Assembly: GCF_006345805.1 (NCBI RefSeq)
Contig: NC_043022.1
Span: forward strand, 19,158,001 to 19,222,000
Direction: 5' to 3'
Source of the DNA: Octopus sinensis
Lineage: Eukaryota
Length of the DNA stretch: 64,000 nt
Shown here: one piece after another, positions 35,290 to 48,133 of the stretch
How positions within the stretch are numbered: the stretch's first letter is position 1
Layout of the letters: each line of letters starts with the position of its first letter
The notes under the pieces: generated by a model
The model's input: the letters and a program-made list of their open reading frames with translations, nothing else
Told to the model about the DNA's origin: nothing
Database searches by the model: none
Program-made: the position numbers and the translations under genes

Positions 35290-38200
35290 CTTTCTGATAC
35301 CAAACTTTGTAAACTCCAATCACTCTTCCATTCCACCCTACCCGACGCCACTACCCCAACTCCTCCACCACCCTTCTCCCCTCCCGATAGGCTCCATCCA
35401 CCCACACCTAACCCCACTGCCCCTCCCTACAACCCCTTCTCCCCTCCCGTTAGGCTCCATCCACCTACACCTAACCCTACTGCCCCGCCCAACCACCCCC
35501 CACACACCTCCCCAATCCCTCCCCCTCAGACCTCCACGAGACCTACCACCCCTCCTACTTCTATTCCACCCACCCCTTCTCCACTTCCGTCTGTTGTTAC
35601 CATTCCCCCCCGATCTTCCCCTCTCTGCGGCTGAACGCTCCGTCCTTGGTAGGGGTCTGCGTTTCATCCCCCTCACTCCATCCTGTAAGGAATTCCAGAC
35701 GCGAGTTGATGTCCACAGCTTTGTGCGCCGTGTCCAGTTGGGTGCGCATTACCACGACTCGCCACCCACACCCAACGAAGAGGACTGCTTCACTGGCCTG
35801 GCCGCCGACCATCCCCGTGGACGCCTGCCCCTGGCCAGATCCTAGCAGTGGATCTTTTCGCGGGCGCTTGTCAGCGTGCATTGGAGCGGTTCAACTTCTC
35901 CAGGCGCCAACGCCGCCTCGACATCTCCCCGGCTGAGCTCTTGGCTCTTCGTTCCCTCCAACGGCGCGCTGACATTATCATCAAACCGGCTGACAAGGGT
36001 GGAGCTGTAGTGGTGTGGCGCGTGGACCTCTATAGGGCCGAGGCTTTCCGCCAACTCAATGACACCTCCTTCTAATCACTCTGCCCTCTAACCCCACACG
36101 TAGCTACCAACAGACGGTATCCTCTACTGTCCAAGACCTCATCTCGTCCTCCCGTCTCCCCCGCACCGCATCCAACCTAATTGTGCGAACCCACGTACCC
36201 CCACCATTTACTTCCTCCCCAAAATCCACAAACCCAACAACCCTGGCCGCCCCATCGTCTCCGCCTGTAACTGCCCCACGGAGCTCATCTCTGAATACCT
36301 TGACCGTGTCCTTGCCCCCCTAGTGGCATCTCTTCCCTCCCACATCCACGATACCAACCATGCTCTCCGGCTTTCAACTCTTTCTCCTTTCCTCCCGGCT
36401 CCTCCAAAATCCTTTTTACTATGGACATCCAAAGCCTCTATACTGTTATCCCTCACCACGAAGGACTGCAGGCCCTTCGACACTTTCTTGACCTCCGCTC
36501 TAACCCTGTACCTGACACCTCCACACTCATTCGTCTGGCCGAACTTGTCCTTACTCTGAACTGCTTCTCGTTCGCGGGCGAGTTCTACCATCAGATCTCG
36601 GGAGTGGCCATGGGAACGCGAATGGGCCCCAACTATGCGAACCTGTTCGTTGGCTATGTTGAGGCCCCAATATTCTCTAATTTCACTGGTCCCACTCCTG
36701 AACTATATGGTCGTTATATTGACGACATTATCGGTGCCACCTCACTCTCCCGCGAACATCTAGATTCCTTCCTCTCTTTCGTCCAATCTTTCATCCAGCC
36801 CTCCACTTCACTTCCACTATCTCCAACACCTCTGTCTCCTTCCTCGACATTTCGGTTAGCATTCTTCACTCCACTCTTACCACCTCCATTCACTAAAAAA
36901 ACACAGACTCACACTCATACCTCAACTTCTCTTCCTCCCACCCAGAACACACCAAGCTTCCATCCCCTATTCCCAATTCCTCCGTCTACGTAGGCTCTGT
37001 AGTGACGACCATGACTTTGAGACTCAGTCTCAACGTATGGCTCACCACTTCACCCTACGTGGATACCCCCTCACCACTATCCACACCGCCCTTGCCAGAG
37101 CACGGTCCGTGGACCGTGTATCTGCTCTCTCTCCCCGAACCCGCCCTGTAGTCTCCCGCCTCCCTTTTCCCCTCACTTACCACCCCACGACCCTACGTCT
37201 CCAACGCACCATTCTTCGAGCTTTCCGTCATCTCCAGTCCGACCCGTCCACTTCACACCTCTTCCCTAACCGACCCCTCCCCTCTTTCAAACGAGCCCAC
37301 AACCTTCGAGACCTTTTGGTCCATAGCTCCTCCCTGACCCTACCTCCCAACCCGGCTCGTTCCCCTGCTCCTGCCCACGTTGCCGCACTTGCCCTTACCT
37401 CTCCAACACCACCCGCCTCACTAGCACCCACCATCGACCCTATCCCATCATCCACTCCTTCACCTGCACCTCCAGCAATATTATCTATTGCATCTCTTGC
37501 TCTCTCTGCAATTCCTTGTACATCGGACAAACGGGACGCCGCTTGGCTGACCGGTTCGCGGAACACCTTCGTGACATCCACCTTGCGAACGACACACCGG
37601 TCTCACGCCATTTCCGCCACCGGTCACTCCTTGCAACACCTATCTGTGTTCGGTTTGTCCTTACACAGAGGCCATCCGGATTCCCGTTTGCGCCGTGAAC
37701 AGGAATTAATCTTCTCTCTTCGCTCTTATACGCCATTTGGTCTCAACTCTCCCCCCTCCTCATCTAAACCCCCTCTCCCCCCTCCTCACCTATCCTTTCC
37801 CCCCGACCCCTACTTCTTCAGTCCTTCATCCTTTCACCCCTACTCCCCTTCCCTTCTTCCCTCTTTCTCCCTCTCCTCTTCCCCTTCCTCTGCTCCCTCA
37901 CTCCCTCTCTCCCCTTCTCTCTCCCCCTCTCTCCCTCTTCCCCCCTCCTTCCTCCCATTCCTTCTCCCCATCCCTTCCTTCCCTTCCCCTTCTCCCCCCC
38001 TTCCCCCCTCCCCCTCTTCTCCTCACTACACCACATGACTTTACACATCACATCACATATGATGTGCCATACTAATACATACACCAACTAATACATACTA
38101 ATACGTACTAATACATACTAGTACATACTAATACATACACCAACCTATACATACACACGTCCAGACCCCGCATACGCACTTATACTCTCATACACACACA

Positions 38201-38680
38201 ACACACACCTTATACACTAATACGTACTAATACATACTAATACATACTAATACATACACCAACCCCATACATACGCACGTCCAGACCAATCCTACGCACT
38301 AATACTCTCTCATACACACACACACCTTATACATACTAATACATACACAACCCTATACATACACACATCCAGACCCCTCTACGCACTATAGCTGGTCCCT
38401 CAACCCTATTATCTCCCCTTATTTCGCTCTCGCGTCTCATGTTGATCTTTGACCTCTGGCCGAAATCAGATCGCCATGTTGATTCGTTAGCTACTGCACG
38501 CATTTTTTTCTCTCCTTCTTTCTGTGTTTTTTTTCTCTCTGTGTATCTTTCTGTTGAAGAGCGTAGGCTCGAAACGTTAAAGACTTGTTTTATTTATATT
38601 TCCTGAGCGCCATACTAATACAATTGTTCGTTTGTTTTCCACCTGCCTTCGTCTTTTGTTTATTTTCATAAAGCTTCCCA
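35290..38680 (+). mobile_element. Decayed Penelope-like retroelement (Neptune-like): RT, Cys-rich linker, GIY-YIG, 3' terminal region
   Basis: [79 protein letters not shown]. Several frameshifts and stops. Confidence 0.92.
38546..38584 (+). ncRNA. Minimal Penelope-associated hammerhead-like motif
   Basis: TCTTT-CTGTTGA-A-GAGC-GTAG-GCTC-GAAACGTT-AAAGA: 5-bp stem I, 4-bp stem II, palindromic AACGTT. A6 is replaced by U. Confidence 0.6.
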
Positions 38681-38681
38681 T

Positions 38682-38712
<31 letters not shown>

Positions 38713-39059
38713 CGATGAGCTTCTTTCAGTTTCCGTTCACCAAATCCACTCACAAGGCTTTGGTCGACCTGAGGCTATAGTAGAAGACACTTGCCCAAAG
38801 TACCACTCAATGTGACTTGACCCCCAAGAGTACATGGTTAGGGAGCAAGTTTCTTACCATGCAGCCATGCTTGCATCTTTGAATATATATTTTCTTCAAA
38901 GGTTTTGAATAGAGGATCTCATTGAAACTTTAGACTCAGTTCAATTCAAGTCACACATCTCCTTCTTATTATCTATCTATCTATCTATCTATTTATCTAT
39001 CTATCTTTCTTTCTTTCTTTCTTACTTTCTTTCCATCTATCTATATTTATCTTTCTCTT

Positions 39060-40330
39060 TACCTCTATGTATCTCTTTCTCTCTCTCTTTTCCTCTCTCT
39101 CTCTCTCCCTATCTCTCTCTATCTCTATATACCTATACCACTTTGCTTCTCCCTTATCCCTCTTTCTCTCTCTCTCTCTACATGATGGCTGCTCCCTCGT
39201 TATCGAGTATGGCCATTGCACGAATTTTAACTGTTATTGGTGCTGTGATCGAAAGTGACTTTTTAGCCCAGCTAAAGATCTACAATGTCTTGTACAGAAT
39301 TGGCAACTAAAACCTTTACCGGTAATAGCCGGCTGTAGCTGTAACTGGGCTTCATGTACCTTTGCATGTCGTTTAAGTCCTGCTGAATTACACTCTCTTC
39401 CACATGCCCGACAGATATGATTAGTATGGTGTGTTACACCACCACCACCAGTGGCCAGGTTGTCACTCATCTGTCTCGCTTTATGACTACGAAGATGACT
39501 CTTGAGTCCAGCTTTACCGAGACAGGGTCTTGCACAGACACTGCATGTCAGCACCATTCCCATCTGGAAGTGTAACAGCGATGCCCTTCCTGACATCCCT
39601 CCTTACTTTCTCATGTGCAACTCTCTCTACATACATACATACATATTAATATATCAGTCTACTTATATTTACCTATCTCTATCTCCCTCTCTCCTCTCTC
39701 TTTCCCTCTCTCTCTCTCTCTCTTTTCCTCTCTCTCTCTCTCCCTATCTCTCTCTATCTCTATATACCTATACCACTTTGCTTCTCCCTTATCCCTCTTT
39801 CTCTCTCTCTCTCTACATGATGGCTTGCTCCCTCGTTATCGAGTATGGCCATTGCCACGAATTTTAACTGTTATTGGTGCTGTGATCGAAAGTGACTTTT
39901 TAGCCCCCAGCTAAAGATCTACAATGTCTTGTACAGAATTGGCAACTAAAACCTTTACGGTAATAGCCGGCGGTAGCTGTAACTGGGCTCAGTACCTTTG
40001 CATGTCGTTTAAGTCCTGCTGAATTACACTCTCTTCCACATGCCCGACAGATGATTAGTATGGTGTGGTACACCACCACCACCAGTGGCCAGTTGTCACT
40101 CATCTGTCTCGCTTTATGACTACGAAGATGACTCTGAGTCCAGCTTTACCGAGACAGGGTCTTGCACCAACACTGCATGTCAGCACCATTCCATCTGGAA
40201 GTGTACAACAGCGATGCCCTTCCTGACATCCCTCTTACTTTCTCATGTGCAACTCTTCTACATACATACATACATATTAATATATCAGTCTACTTATATT
40301 TACCTATCTCTATCTCCCTCTCTCTCTCTC
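39060..40330. repeat. Tandem duplication of about 635 bp; second copy rich in single-base indels
   Basis: 39075-39695 recurs at about 39712-40325. Confidence 0.9.
39234..39560 (-). pseudogene. Three C2H2-like zinc-finger motifs, probably a LINE C-terminal tail
   Basis: CSVCARPCLGKAGLKSHLRSH, CRACGRECNSAGLKRHAKVH, CQFCTRHCRSLAGLKSHFRSQH. No TGEKP linkers. Confidence 0.6.
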
Positions 40331-40469
40331 TCTTTCCCTCTCTCTCTCTCTCTCTTTCCCTCTCTCTCTCTCAAATAGACAATGAGACAGTGACAGAGTG
40401 AGAAAGAGAGAGAGGGAGAGATATATAGATATATAGATACACACACATGCACACTTACATGCATTCATA

Positions 40470-40499
<30 letters not shown>

Positions 40500-40502
<3 letters not shown>

Positions 40503-40830
40503 CGCCATGATAGATAGTTAGCCACTACACACATATTTTTTCTCTCGTTTTTTCTGTGTCCCTTTCTCTAGAAGAGCGTAGGCTCGAAATGTAAAGGACT
40601 TTTCCTATTCTCTTTTTTTACTCTTTTACTTGTTTCAGTCATTTGACTGCGGCCATGCTGGAGCACCGCCTTTAATCGAGCAACTCGACCCCGGGACTTA
40701 TTCTTTTGTAAGCCCAGTACTTATTCTATCGGTCTCTTTTGCCGAACCGCTAAGTGACGGGGACATAAACACACTAGCATCGGTTGTCAAGCAATGCTAG
40801 GGGACAAACACAGACACACAAACACACACA

Positions 40831-40878
<48 letters not shown>

Positions 40879-41108
40879 TATGACGGGCTTCTTTCAGTTT
40901 CCATCTTCCAAATCCACTCACAAGGCGTTGGTCGGCCCGAGGCTATAGTAGAAGACACTTACCCAAGGTGCCACGCAGTGGGACTGAACCCGGAACCATG
41001 CGGTTGGTAGACAAGCTACTAACCACACAGCCACTCCTGAGCGTTATACTAACACATCTGTTTGTTTTGTACACCACCTGTCTTCGTCTTTGTTTTTTTG
41101 TAAATTCT

Positions 41109-41115
<7 letters not shown>
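40500..41115 (+). repeat. Penelope terminal-region copy (hammerhead-like motif 40561-40599) split by a family A SINE (40612-41038, -)
   Basis: Flanks of the SINE rejoin to match 38490-38680. Confidence 0.75.
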
Positions 41116-41161
<46 letters not shown>

Positions 41162-41232
41162 TATATTTTTCCTATTTCTAAAGAGGTTGACGCCTTTTGC
41201 ACTCTAAGCTTAGTGCTAATTTTTGATATATA

Positions 41233-41295
<63 letters not shown>

Positions 41296-41381
41296 TATAC
41301 ATACATATAAGTATATATGTATAAGGAGATAGATATATATACAGACAGACAGATATCTATCTATCTATCTATCTATCTATC

Positions 41382-41423
<42 letters not shown>

Positions 41424-41832
41424 CCAGTATAGAGAGACAGAGACAGAGAGACAGATAGACTTTGGAGTGAGATGATAAAGATGCTGTGATGATGAAGCTA
41501 TATTGAGACTGTAAGATGTCAGAAACTTCTACTAACGATAAACACATAAATTAATACTAATAAATCTAAATGAGTCCTGTCCTGTTGAACGAATAAATCT
41601 AAGATGAGTGATAATAATGTTATTATTTCATAATCTACAAAATAATAAACATGCTGCTATATACCAAGGTCTCGCCATCGTTCTGCTCTAAACAGGCTGG
41701 AACCGGTCGGTTTATCTGCCGCACAGAAATGCTGTCAGGTTGGATATCTTATCACATCAATAAATTTGCTTTCTTGACATAATTATATTTGCTTCTTAAT
41801 GTGACTCATTTTGCTGAAATCATTGAGGGTTA

Positions 41833-42250
41833 CTCTTTACTCTTTTTACTCTTTTTCTTGTTTCAGTCATTTGACTGTGGCCATGCTGGAGCACCGCCTT
41901 TTTAGTCGACCAAATCGACCCCAGGACTTATTCTTTTTAAGCCCAGTACCCATTCTATTGGTCTCTTTTGCAGAACTGCTAAGTGACGGGGACGTAAACA
42001 CACCAGCATTGGTTGTCAAGCAATGCTAAGGGGACAAACACAGACACACAGCCATACACACACACACACATATACACATATATACACATATACGACAGGC
42101 TTCTTTCAGTTTCCGTCTACCAAATCCACTCGCAAGGCATTGGTCGGCCCGGGGCTATAGCAGAAGACACTTGCCCAAGATGCCATTCAGTGGGACTGAA
42201 CCTGGAACCATTTGGTTGGTAAGCAAGCTACTTATCACACAGCCACTCCT
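41833..42250 (-). mobile_element. Family A SINE flanked by 49-bp direct repeats
   Basis: Homologous to 4372-4773; flanks 41783-41831 and 42253-42301. Confidence 0.88.
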
Positions 42251-43261
42251 GCTTATATTTGCTTCTAAATGTGGCTCATTCTGCTGAGATCATTTAGGGT
42301 TGGCTAGTCATGATACAGTAATAGATTGCTGGATGGCCATTAGGAAACGGTAGAATGTTAGGATGGCCATTGGAGAAAAGTTCTGGATAGCAGTGGTGAT
42401 GGCAATGGATGACATACAAGGTGCATTCAAGAAGTTTTGAGATGTTTTCTTTGTTCTGAGTTCAAACTCCACCGAGGTCGACTTTATATTTCAGCCTTTC
42501 TGGGTCGATAAAATAAGTACCAGTTGAATACTAGGGTCGATATAATTGACTTATCTCCTCACCACCGATATTGCTGACCTTGTACCAAAATTTGAAACCA
42601 ATGTTTAGCAGAAGCCACTGAGTGACTCAAGGGCTGAGAGTTTCATGTAATGTCATTTATCAAGTGATAAAATATATGTGTATATTTTGAGTTCTATTTG
42701 CATATTTGCATGTGATTAACTAACTCCTTCCCCCGAAGTTGCTGGCCTTGTGCCAAAATTTGAAACCAAAATTCATTAATTTCAAAGAAGTACAAATCTT
42801 GAATCCCCTTCAAAATAGAGTCCTCCAACTTCAATGCATCTGTCAGAGTACATTAACAAGTACTCACTGCACTCTATCTGTGTCTCTCTTTCTTTCTTCC
42901 CTTCTCCCTTTCTCCACGAGAAACATCATCATCATCGTTTAACGTCCGCTTTCCATGCTAGCATGGGTTGGACGGTTTGACTGTGGGCTGGCGAAACAGA
43001 TGGCTGCACCAGGCTCGAATCTTGATCTGGCAGAGTTTCTACAGCTGGATGCCCTTCCTAATGTCAACCACTCCGAGAGTGTAGTGGGTGCTTTTATGTG
43101 CCACCTGCACAAAGGCCAGTTAGGTGGTACTGGCAACGACCTCACTTGAATTTGTTTACACATGCCAACGGCACAGGTGCCAGTAAGGCGATGATGGTAA
43201 CGATCCCGCTCGAATGGTGCCTCCTACATGCCACCAGCACGGAAGCCAGTTAGCCGCTCTG

Positions 43262-43570
43262 AGAGATAAAGGTCGTGCTTCAGCCACTTCAAGAAGGCCC
43301 TATGGTAGTCCTCTAAAGTGAAAGTGTCCAAGACCCTTGTCACAGCCTCTTTCATCTTCAAAATGACTGTCCCTGAAGTTCCCTTTTCAGCTTGGTGAAC
43401 AACCAGAAATCACAGTGAGCAAAATCTGGACCGGTTGTAGGGTGAAGGACAGTTTTGATGTCCAGCTCTATCAAGTCATTGGTTACCAGGATGCTCAACA
43501 TTGAGCCCCCTTGTAACAAACTCTGCGCAAATTTTACACTTGTTCAAATCTTAATAATTCTGTGTATAGT
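43262..43570 (-). pseudogene. Mariner-type transposase C-terminal fragment
   Basis: LHPTTGPDFAHCDFWLFTKLK, a decayed HPPYSPDLAPCDFWLFPKLK. Confidence 0.7.
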
Positions 43571-43821
43571 TGCCACACCTATTTCTTTACTACCCACATA
43601 GAGGGGACAAACAAGGACAGACTTACGTATTAATTCGATTACATCGACCCCAGTGCGTAACTGGTACTTATTTAATCAACCCCAAGAGGATTAAAGGCAA
43701 AGTCAACCTCGGCGGAATTTGAACTCAGAACGTAGCGGCAGACAAAATACTGCTAAGAGTTTCGTCCGGCGTGCTAACGATTCTGCCAGCTCGTCCGGCG
43801 TGCTAACGATTCTGCCAGCTC

Positions 43822-43917
43822 ACCACACCAACTCCAAACTGTAAATCTAGCACCTTCAGACTATCAGCTCTTCGGCCCCATGAAAGAGGGTTTGAGAGGC
43901 AAACATTATTCCAGTGA
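43822..43917 (+). pseudogene. Mariner-type transposase fragment
   Basis: NLAPSDYQLFGPMKEGLRGKHYSS. Confidence 0.65.
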
Positions 43918-44993
43918 GAAGGTGCAGCCATCTGGTTCGCCAGACCTCAGTCAAATCATACACCCCATGCTAGCATGGAAAGCGGATGTTAAACGATGAT
44001 GATGATGATGAATGCTGCACAGAGCGAGACACTGCCCCACTCACACACACAGTGTTTCAATGCAGTCAGTACCACTTCCCATAGGCAAGGGTTTGTCTTT
44101 TTTTCCTTTCTGGAATGTGTTGGATGGCTGAGGGCTGGCGAACCAGATGGCTGCACCAGGCTCCAGTCTGATCTGGCAGTGTTTCTACAGCTGGATGCCT
44201 TTCCTAATGCCAACCACTCTGAGAGTGTAGTGGGTACTTTTACGTGCCACCGGCACAGGTGCCAGACGAAGCTGGCAAACGGCCACGATCGGATGGTGTT
44301 TTTTACATGCCACCTGCACAGGAGCCAGTCCAGCGGCACTGGCAATGACCTCGCTTGAATGTTTTTTCACATGCCACCGGCACAAGTGCCAGTAAAGCAA
44401 CGCTGGTAATGATCAGGCTTGAAAGGTGCTTTTTATGTGCCACCAGCACGGAAGCCAGTCTGCAGCTCCGGCAACGATCACGCTCGGATGGTGCTCTTAG
44501 CGCTCCACTAGCACTAAGAGTACCATGTTTCCAAATATACCACTCTGAGAAGAATCTATAAATATGCTGGTCCCTCTACTAGGTCAACATTTGGCAGGCT
44601 CTCCTCCATGGTCATTGCCAGCCTACCCTGGCGCATGTGCCGGTGGCACGTGAAAAGCACCATCCGTACATGGCCGATGCCAGCGCCGCATTGCTGGCTT
44701 CCGTGCCAGTGGCACATAAAAAGCACCGGTGGCACATAAAAAGCACCGGCCGATCGTGACTGTTTCCAGCCACCCATGGCACCTGTGCCAGTGGCACGTA
44801 AAATGCACCCACTACACTCATGGAGTGGTTGGCATTAGGAAAGGCATCCAGCTGTAGAAACACTGCCAGATCAGACTGGAGCCTGGTGCAGCCTCCTGGC
44901 TTCCCAGACCCCGGTTGAACCGTCCAACCCATGCTAGCATGGAAAACGGACGTTAAACAGTGATGATGATGATGATGATATATATACATATAT

Positions 44994-45136
44994 AGGTGCA
45001 GGAGTGGCTGTGTGTTAAGTAGCTCCGGGTTCAGTCCCACTGCGTGGCATCTTGGGCAAGTGTCTTCTACTATAGCCTCGGGCCGACCAAAGACTTGTGA
45101 GTAGATTTGGTAGACGGAAACTGAAAGAAGCCCGTC

Positions 45137-45188
<52 letters not shown>

Positions 45189-45410
45189 GTGTGTGTGTGT
45201 TTTTGTGTCTGTGATTGTCCCCCTAGCATTGCTTGACAACCGATGCTGGTGTGTTTATGTCCCCATTACCTAGCGGTTCGGCAAAAGACACCGATAGAAT
45301 AAGTACTGGGCTTACAAAAGAATAAGCCCCACGGTCGAGTTGCTCGATTAAAGGCGGTGTTCCAGCATGGTCGCAGTCAAATGACTGAAACAAGTAAAAG
45401 AGTAAAAGAG
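44994..45410 (+). mobile_element. Family A SINE
   Basis: Head GGTGCAGGAGTGGCTGTGTG to tail GACTGAAACAAGTAAAAGAGTAAAAGAG. Confidence 0.88.
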
Positions 45411-45666
45411 TATATATGTGTGTGTGTTTCTTTGTGTTTCGCCCCAATTGCTTAACAACAGAAGTGTGCTTGTTTATATCGCTGTAATTTAGTGGTTCGA
45501 TAAAATAGACTGTTAGAAAAAGTACCAGACTTCAACTAAGTACTGTGGGCGATTCGTGGCAAGACTTCCACACCCCCTTCAAACCACCCTTTTTAAAAAA
45601 AAAATTTTTCCGACACAACCACCCCTTTTGCGAATCTGCAAAACAACTGGCAAAAATTGACATTTC

Positions 45667-45960
45667 TAAATTACACCCCCCCCCCATCCCCATTTCCTTC
45701 ATTTTTAACTTTTTCCACGATTTTTTTTTTTTTTGCAAAATATTGCAGAAAAAAACAGAAATTATGATTCTGAAAAAAACTTCCAAAAATGGTCGTAAAT
45801 TTTTTTTTAAGAATTTTTTTTTTTCTAAATATTCGGAAAAATACAGGCATCATGATTCAGACAGAAATTTCAAAACATTTCTGTAGTTACGGTTACGGTT
45901 AGAGTTAGGGAAAAAAGTCAAAATTGAAGAAGTTGGGGGGAAATGAGGTGGGGGGGAATT
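45667..45960. mobile_element. MITE-like element with degenerate G/C-run terminal inverted repeats
   Basis: 45667-45717 is an approximate reverse complement of 45908-45960; a related left end is at about 48040-48130. Confidence 0.55.
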
Positions 45961-45970
45961 ACCAATTACC

Positions 45971-46699
45971 AAGGCTCATGTAGAAGCTCCTATTTCTGGG
46001 TCTATGATTTTGGCAAGTGTATTATTAAAATTAGTGGGGTATGGAATTATACGATTTATAGGATTATTTAAGTTTTTAGGTGGTAATTATATAGTATTAT
46101 TGGTTGTTATTTGTTTATGGGGAGGTTTATTAACTTCTGTTATTTGTGTTGGTCAGAGGGATATAAAAAGATTGATTGCTTATTCTTCTATTGGTCATAT
46201 GGGGGTAATATTAGCGGGGATAATTAGAGGGTTTATTATTGGTTGAGAGGGGGCTATTTTGATGATAGTTTGTCATGGATTATGTTCTTCGGGTTTATTT
46301 TGTTTAGGAAACTTAATTTATGAAAAGATTAATAGACGAAGATTATTTTTATGTGGAGGAATAATTAATTATAATCCTATGATGAGTTTATTAATGTTTT
46401 TATTATGTATTTGTAATATAGGAGCTCCTCCATTTATCAATTTGGTTAGTGAAATTATGTTATATATTTCTATATATATATATAGATTATATTTATTATT
46501 TTTTGTGTTAATAATAGTATTTATGGGAGGATTATATAATTTGGTTTTTTATGTTACGGTAGATCATGGTCAGATGATAAGATTTATAAAAGTTTTAAAT
46601 GTTAATAAAAGGAATGAAAATTTATTGTTAGTATTACATATTATTCCTTTATTAATATTTATTTTGAATATTGGATATATTAGAGGTATTGATTTTTAA
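45971..46699 (+). pseudogene. nad4: NADH dehydrogenase subunit 4, 3' half (mitochondrial origin)
   Basis: KAHVEAPISGSMILA, QSDMKSLIAYSS.GHM, HGLCSSGLF, GAPPFINLVSE; TAA at 46697-46699. Confidence 0.97.
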
Positions 46700-46705
46700 T
46701 TATTA

Positions 46706-46769
46706 GTAAAATTAGTTTATGTGAAAATACTAGGTTGTGGGCTTAGAGAAAAAGTTAATTTATTTTACT
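46706..46769 (+). tRNA. trnH: Mitochondrial tRNA-His (GTG) within the NUMT
   Basis: Acceptor GTAAAAT/ATTTTAC; anticodon arm CTAGG-TTGTGGG-CTTAG; lies between nad4 and nad5. Confidence 0.9.
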
Positions 46770-47282
46770 ATGAATAAATTAAAGTTGGAAATTTTTTTTA
46801 GTGTTGTGTTAATATCAGTCTCTTTTATATTTATAATTATATTTATATATTTAATTTTAAATAATTATTGTTATATTATTTCGTGGGAAATTTTTAATGT
46901 AATAAGGTTGTTTGTTGAATTAGATGTTTTATTTGATTGAGTTAGTTGTAGTTTTAGTAGATTAGTTTGTTTGATTTCTAGATCAGTATGTATTTTTAGA
47001 GTTAGGTATATAAGTGGAGATGTTAATGTTAAGCGTTTTATAATGGTATTGATGTTATTTGTTTTATCTATAAATTTTTTGATTTTTATTCCTAGGTTTG
47101 TTAGTTTAATTTTAGGATGAGATGGATTAGGTTTAGTATCGTTTTGTTTAGTAATTTATTATCAAAATAATAAATCACTAAGTGCAGGTATATTAACAGT
47201 ATTAATAAATCGGATCGGAGATTGTTTTATTTTGGCTGGAATTAGGATTATGTCATTATTGGGACATTGAAATTATTTATGT
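46770..47282 (+). pseudogene. nad5: NADH dehydrogenase subunit 5, 5' part (mitochondrial origin)
   Basis: ATG at 46770; LGWDGLGLVSFCLVIYYQN, NRIGD motifs. Confidence 0.97.
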
Positions 47283-47310
47283 TGGGGGGAAATGAGGTGG
47301 GGGGGGAATT

Positions 47311-47720
47311 GGATCTTTTTGGTTTTTACGGAAGTTTTTAACATAATTTCTAGGTATCTAAAAAATTTTAAACTTCGTATACTGGTAGAATGTGTTTATA
47401 AAACATCTTTTTCTCTTGGCTTTATTGAGAAAATTCTATAGTTTGTAAGATATTTTCTTCAATTTCTACAATTTCAACCAATCAATGACGTCCATTGAAG
47501 TAAAAAAACATTCTGTGCCGTATTAAAATGTCATTGATTGGTTGAAATTGCCGAAATGCAAGAAAGTTAGCAACAAATATCTTACAAACTATGGAATTTT
47601 CTCAGTAAAGCCAAGAGAAAAAGATGTTTTATAAACACATTCTACCAGTATACGAAGTTTAAAAGTGTTTAGTTACGTGGAAATTATTTTTTAAATCTGC
47701 CGGTCAAAGTGAAAAGATCC
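47311..47720. mobile_element. Palindromic MITE (GGATCTTTT...AAAAGATCC) with long internal inverted arms
   Basis: About 47365-47490 is the reverse complement of about 47530-47665. Confidence 0.85.
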
Positions 47721-48133
47721 GATAATTCTTAATAGGATCACAAGCAAATGAATAAATATTCAATTCTGTTTAATTGCATTCATCAAACGTTTGCGAAATA
47801 ACGTAATTTCCTTTGGGATACGAAAGATTGAGATTCGACGGAGTTGCCTCCCCTTCGTTTAGTAATTGTCGAATGAAACGTTCAACATTTTGGAGTTGTC
47901 GCCCTTTTGTGTGCGTACGTATGTGCTTGCGTGTGTGTGTGTATATTATCGTTTACTTGTTTGAGTCATTGGACTGCAGCTATGGCTGGGGTACCGTCTG
48001 GAGCAGTCTAGCCGAACGAATCGGGAAAGACTTCCGCCTATCCCCCATCCCCCCCATTTCTCCCAAATTTTGTTTATTTTTGTAATTTTTTTTTGCCAAA
48101 AAATTGCCAAAAAACGGCATTGTGAAATTCCCC

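Larger units (their letters stand above)
45966..47282 (+). other. NUMT (nuclear insertion of mitochondrial DNA): partial nad4, trnH, partial nad5
   Basis: Open throughout in translation table 5 (TGA=W, AGR=S); G+T-rich sense strand; flanked by nuclear repeats. Confidence 0.95.

Noticed and set aside
35203-38087. Pro/Ser-rich and Gly/Arg-rich ORFs as host genes
   Set aside because: Alternative frames or antisense of the C-rich Penelope element.
45966-47282. Functional nuclear nad4/nad5 genes, or a window of mitochondrial origin
   Set aside because: Both genes are truncated, need table 5, and are embedded in nuclear repeats.
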